A stretch of DNA of 40,149 nt from Candidatus Eiseniibacteriota bacterium (GTDB taxonomy: Bacteria > Eisenbacteria > RBG-16-71-46). Each line of letters starts with the position of its first letter. Position 1 is the first letter of the stretch. The translations under genes were made by a program, and so were the position numbers. The notes beneath the pieces are model-generated. The model was not told where the DNA came from and ran no database searches. It saw nothing but the letters and a program-made list of their open reading frames with translations. The stretch lies in the NCBI GenBank assembly GCA_034678345.1, contig JAXDBZ010000038.1, forward strand, positions 1 through 40,149. Reading direction: 5' to 3'. Shown in pieces: positions 39,501 to 40,149 of the stretch.

Positions 39501-40149
39501 ATGATCGCTCTCCGCCTGTTCGTCCTGCTCGCCCTCGCCGCTTCCCCCGTCGCCGCCGGCCCCGCGCCCCGCGGGGAACCCTCCCCGCGCCTCGCCGACA
39601 CCGTCACCGTGCTGAGCGGCATCGAGGTGGCGCGCGAGCGCGCCCTCTCCGACGCGCGCCGCCTGCTGCCCACCGCCTTCGTCACCGACCTGCGCGCCGA
39701 CGAGCGCCCGCGCACGACCGAGAGCCTGGCCGGGCTGCTGGCCGAGGCGGCGGGCGTGCACGTCACCCAGTACGGCGGCCTCGGCGCGTTCAGCACCCTT
39801 TCGCTGCGCGGCGCCTCGCCCGGGCAGGTCACCATCCTGCTCGACGGCGTGCCGCTCACCTCGGCCGCGCACGGCGTGGTGAACCTCGCCGACCTGCCGG
39901 CGACCGCCGTCGAGCGCGTCGAGATCTACCGCGGCCTCGGGCCGCTGGGCCTGGGCGTGGCCACGCCGGGCGGGGCGGTGAACCTCGTCACCGTGTCATC
40001 ACCCGGCCTGCGCGAGCTGCACCTGAGCCGCGGCTCGTTCGGCACCTGGGAGGGCCGCGCCACCGGCGGCCTCGAGCGCGGCGCGCTCGCGCTGCTGCTG
40101 CACGCGGGCTACCAGGGCTCGGCGGGGGACTATCCCTACCTCGACGACT
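39501..40149 (+). CDS. btuB: TonB-dependent receptor (BtuB-like, plug domain); 3' part cut by the window edge
   Basis: Not in the track because it has no stop inside the window. Manual translation from the ATG at 39501 gives MIALRLFVLLALAASPVAAG..., then DTVTVLSGIEVAR, LAGLLAEAAGVHVTQYGGLGAFSTLSLRGASPGQVTILLDGVPL, LPATAVERVEIYRG. These are classic plug-domain strings. It lies immediately downstream of a B12 riboswitch. Confidence 0.8.
   Translation, partial: MIALRLFVLLALAASPVAAGPAPRGEPSPRLADTVTVLSGIEVARERALSDARRLLPTAFVTDLRADERPRTTESLAGLLAEAAGVHVTQYGGLGAFSTLSLRGASPGQVTILLDGVPLTSAAHGVVNLADLPATAVERVEIYRGLGPLGLGVATPGGAVNLVTVSSPGLRELHLSRGSFGTWEGRATGGLERGALALLLHAGYQGSAGDYPYLDD

Noticed and set aside
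1-40149. A window-wide search for CRISPR repeats, tRNA/rRNA genes, IS or transposase ends, integrases, toxin-antitoxin pairs and known defence-system genes
   Set aside because: I saw no regularly spaced direct repeats, cloverleaf-like segments, terminal inverted repeats with target duplications, or ORFs with recombinase, nuclease-defence or toxin signatures. Composition appears uniform, so I have no evidence for a mobile or horizontally acquired island.

Overview
This is a very GC-rich, gene-dense, chromosomal-looking segment. I saw no rRNA, tRNA, CRISPR array, transposase, integrase or phage genes. By translation and motif inspection I support 29 protein-coding genes (two cut by the window edges), one cobalamin riboswitch, several hairpin terminators and a few sigma70-like promoters. 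Most long Arg/Gly/Ala/Pro-rich ORFs in the six-frame track are antisense or off-frame shadows of real genes, which is expected at this GC content. Two secreted proteins end in FlgD-Ig/T9SS-type C-terminal domains, which hints at an FCB-group or Gemmatimonadota-like organism; this is inference only.

The strongest candidate for an undescribed system is at 1..13475. It has two parts:
- An atypical AmmeMemoRadiSam operon on the minus strand. It contains a radical SAM enzyme with a twin-arginine signal and a CXXCH motif, a free Memo paralog, a signal-peptide Memo::AMMECR1 fusion, and a translationally coupled membrane spermidine-synthase-like gene.
- A carbamoyl-transfer gene set that abuts it and is probably co-transcribed with it. 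It contains a YgeW-type knotted carbamoyltransferase, an M20 hydrolase, a 492-aa PLP beta-family enzyme, carbamate kinase, a zinc-ribbon ThrC-like PLP enzyme and a PyrB-like transcarbamylase. By eye, the PyrB-like protein keeps the carbamoyl-phosphate site but lacks the aspartate-binding residues.

Other notable items:
- A lipoprotein plus a 1000-aa secreted protein built from four tandem ~215-aa modules.
- A secreted ComEC-type MBL hydrolase.
- A tandem pair of KimA-like APC permeases with a 120-nt perfectly identical tract.
- A family-5 uracil-DNA glycosylase.
- A B12 riboswitch in front of a TonB-dependent receptor.

All family assignments come from reading motifs by eye. No database search was possible.
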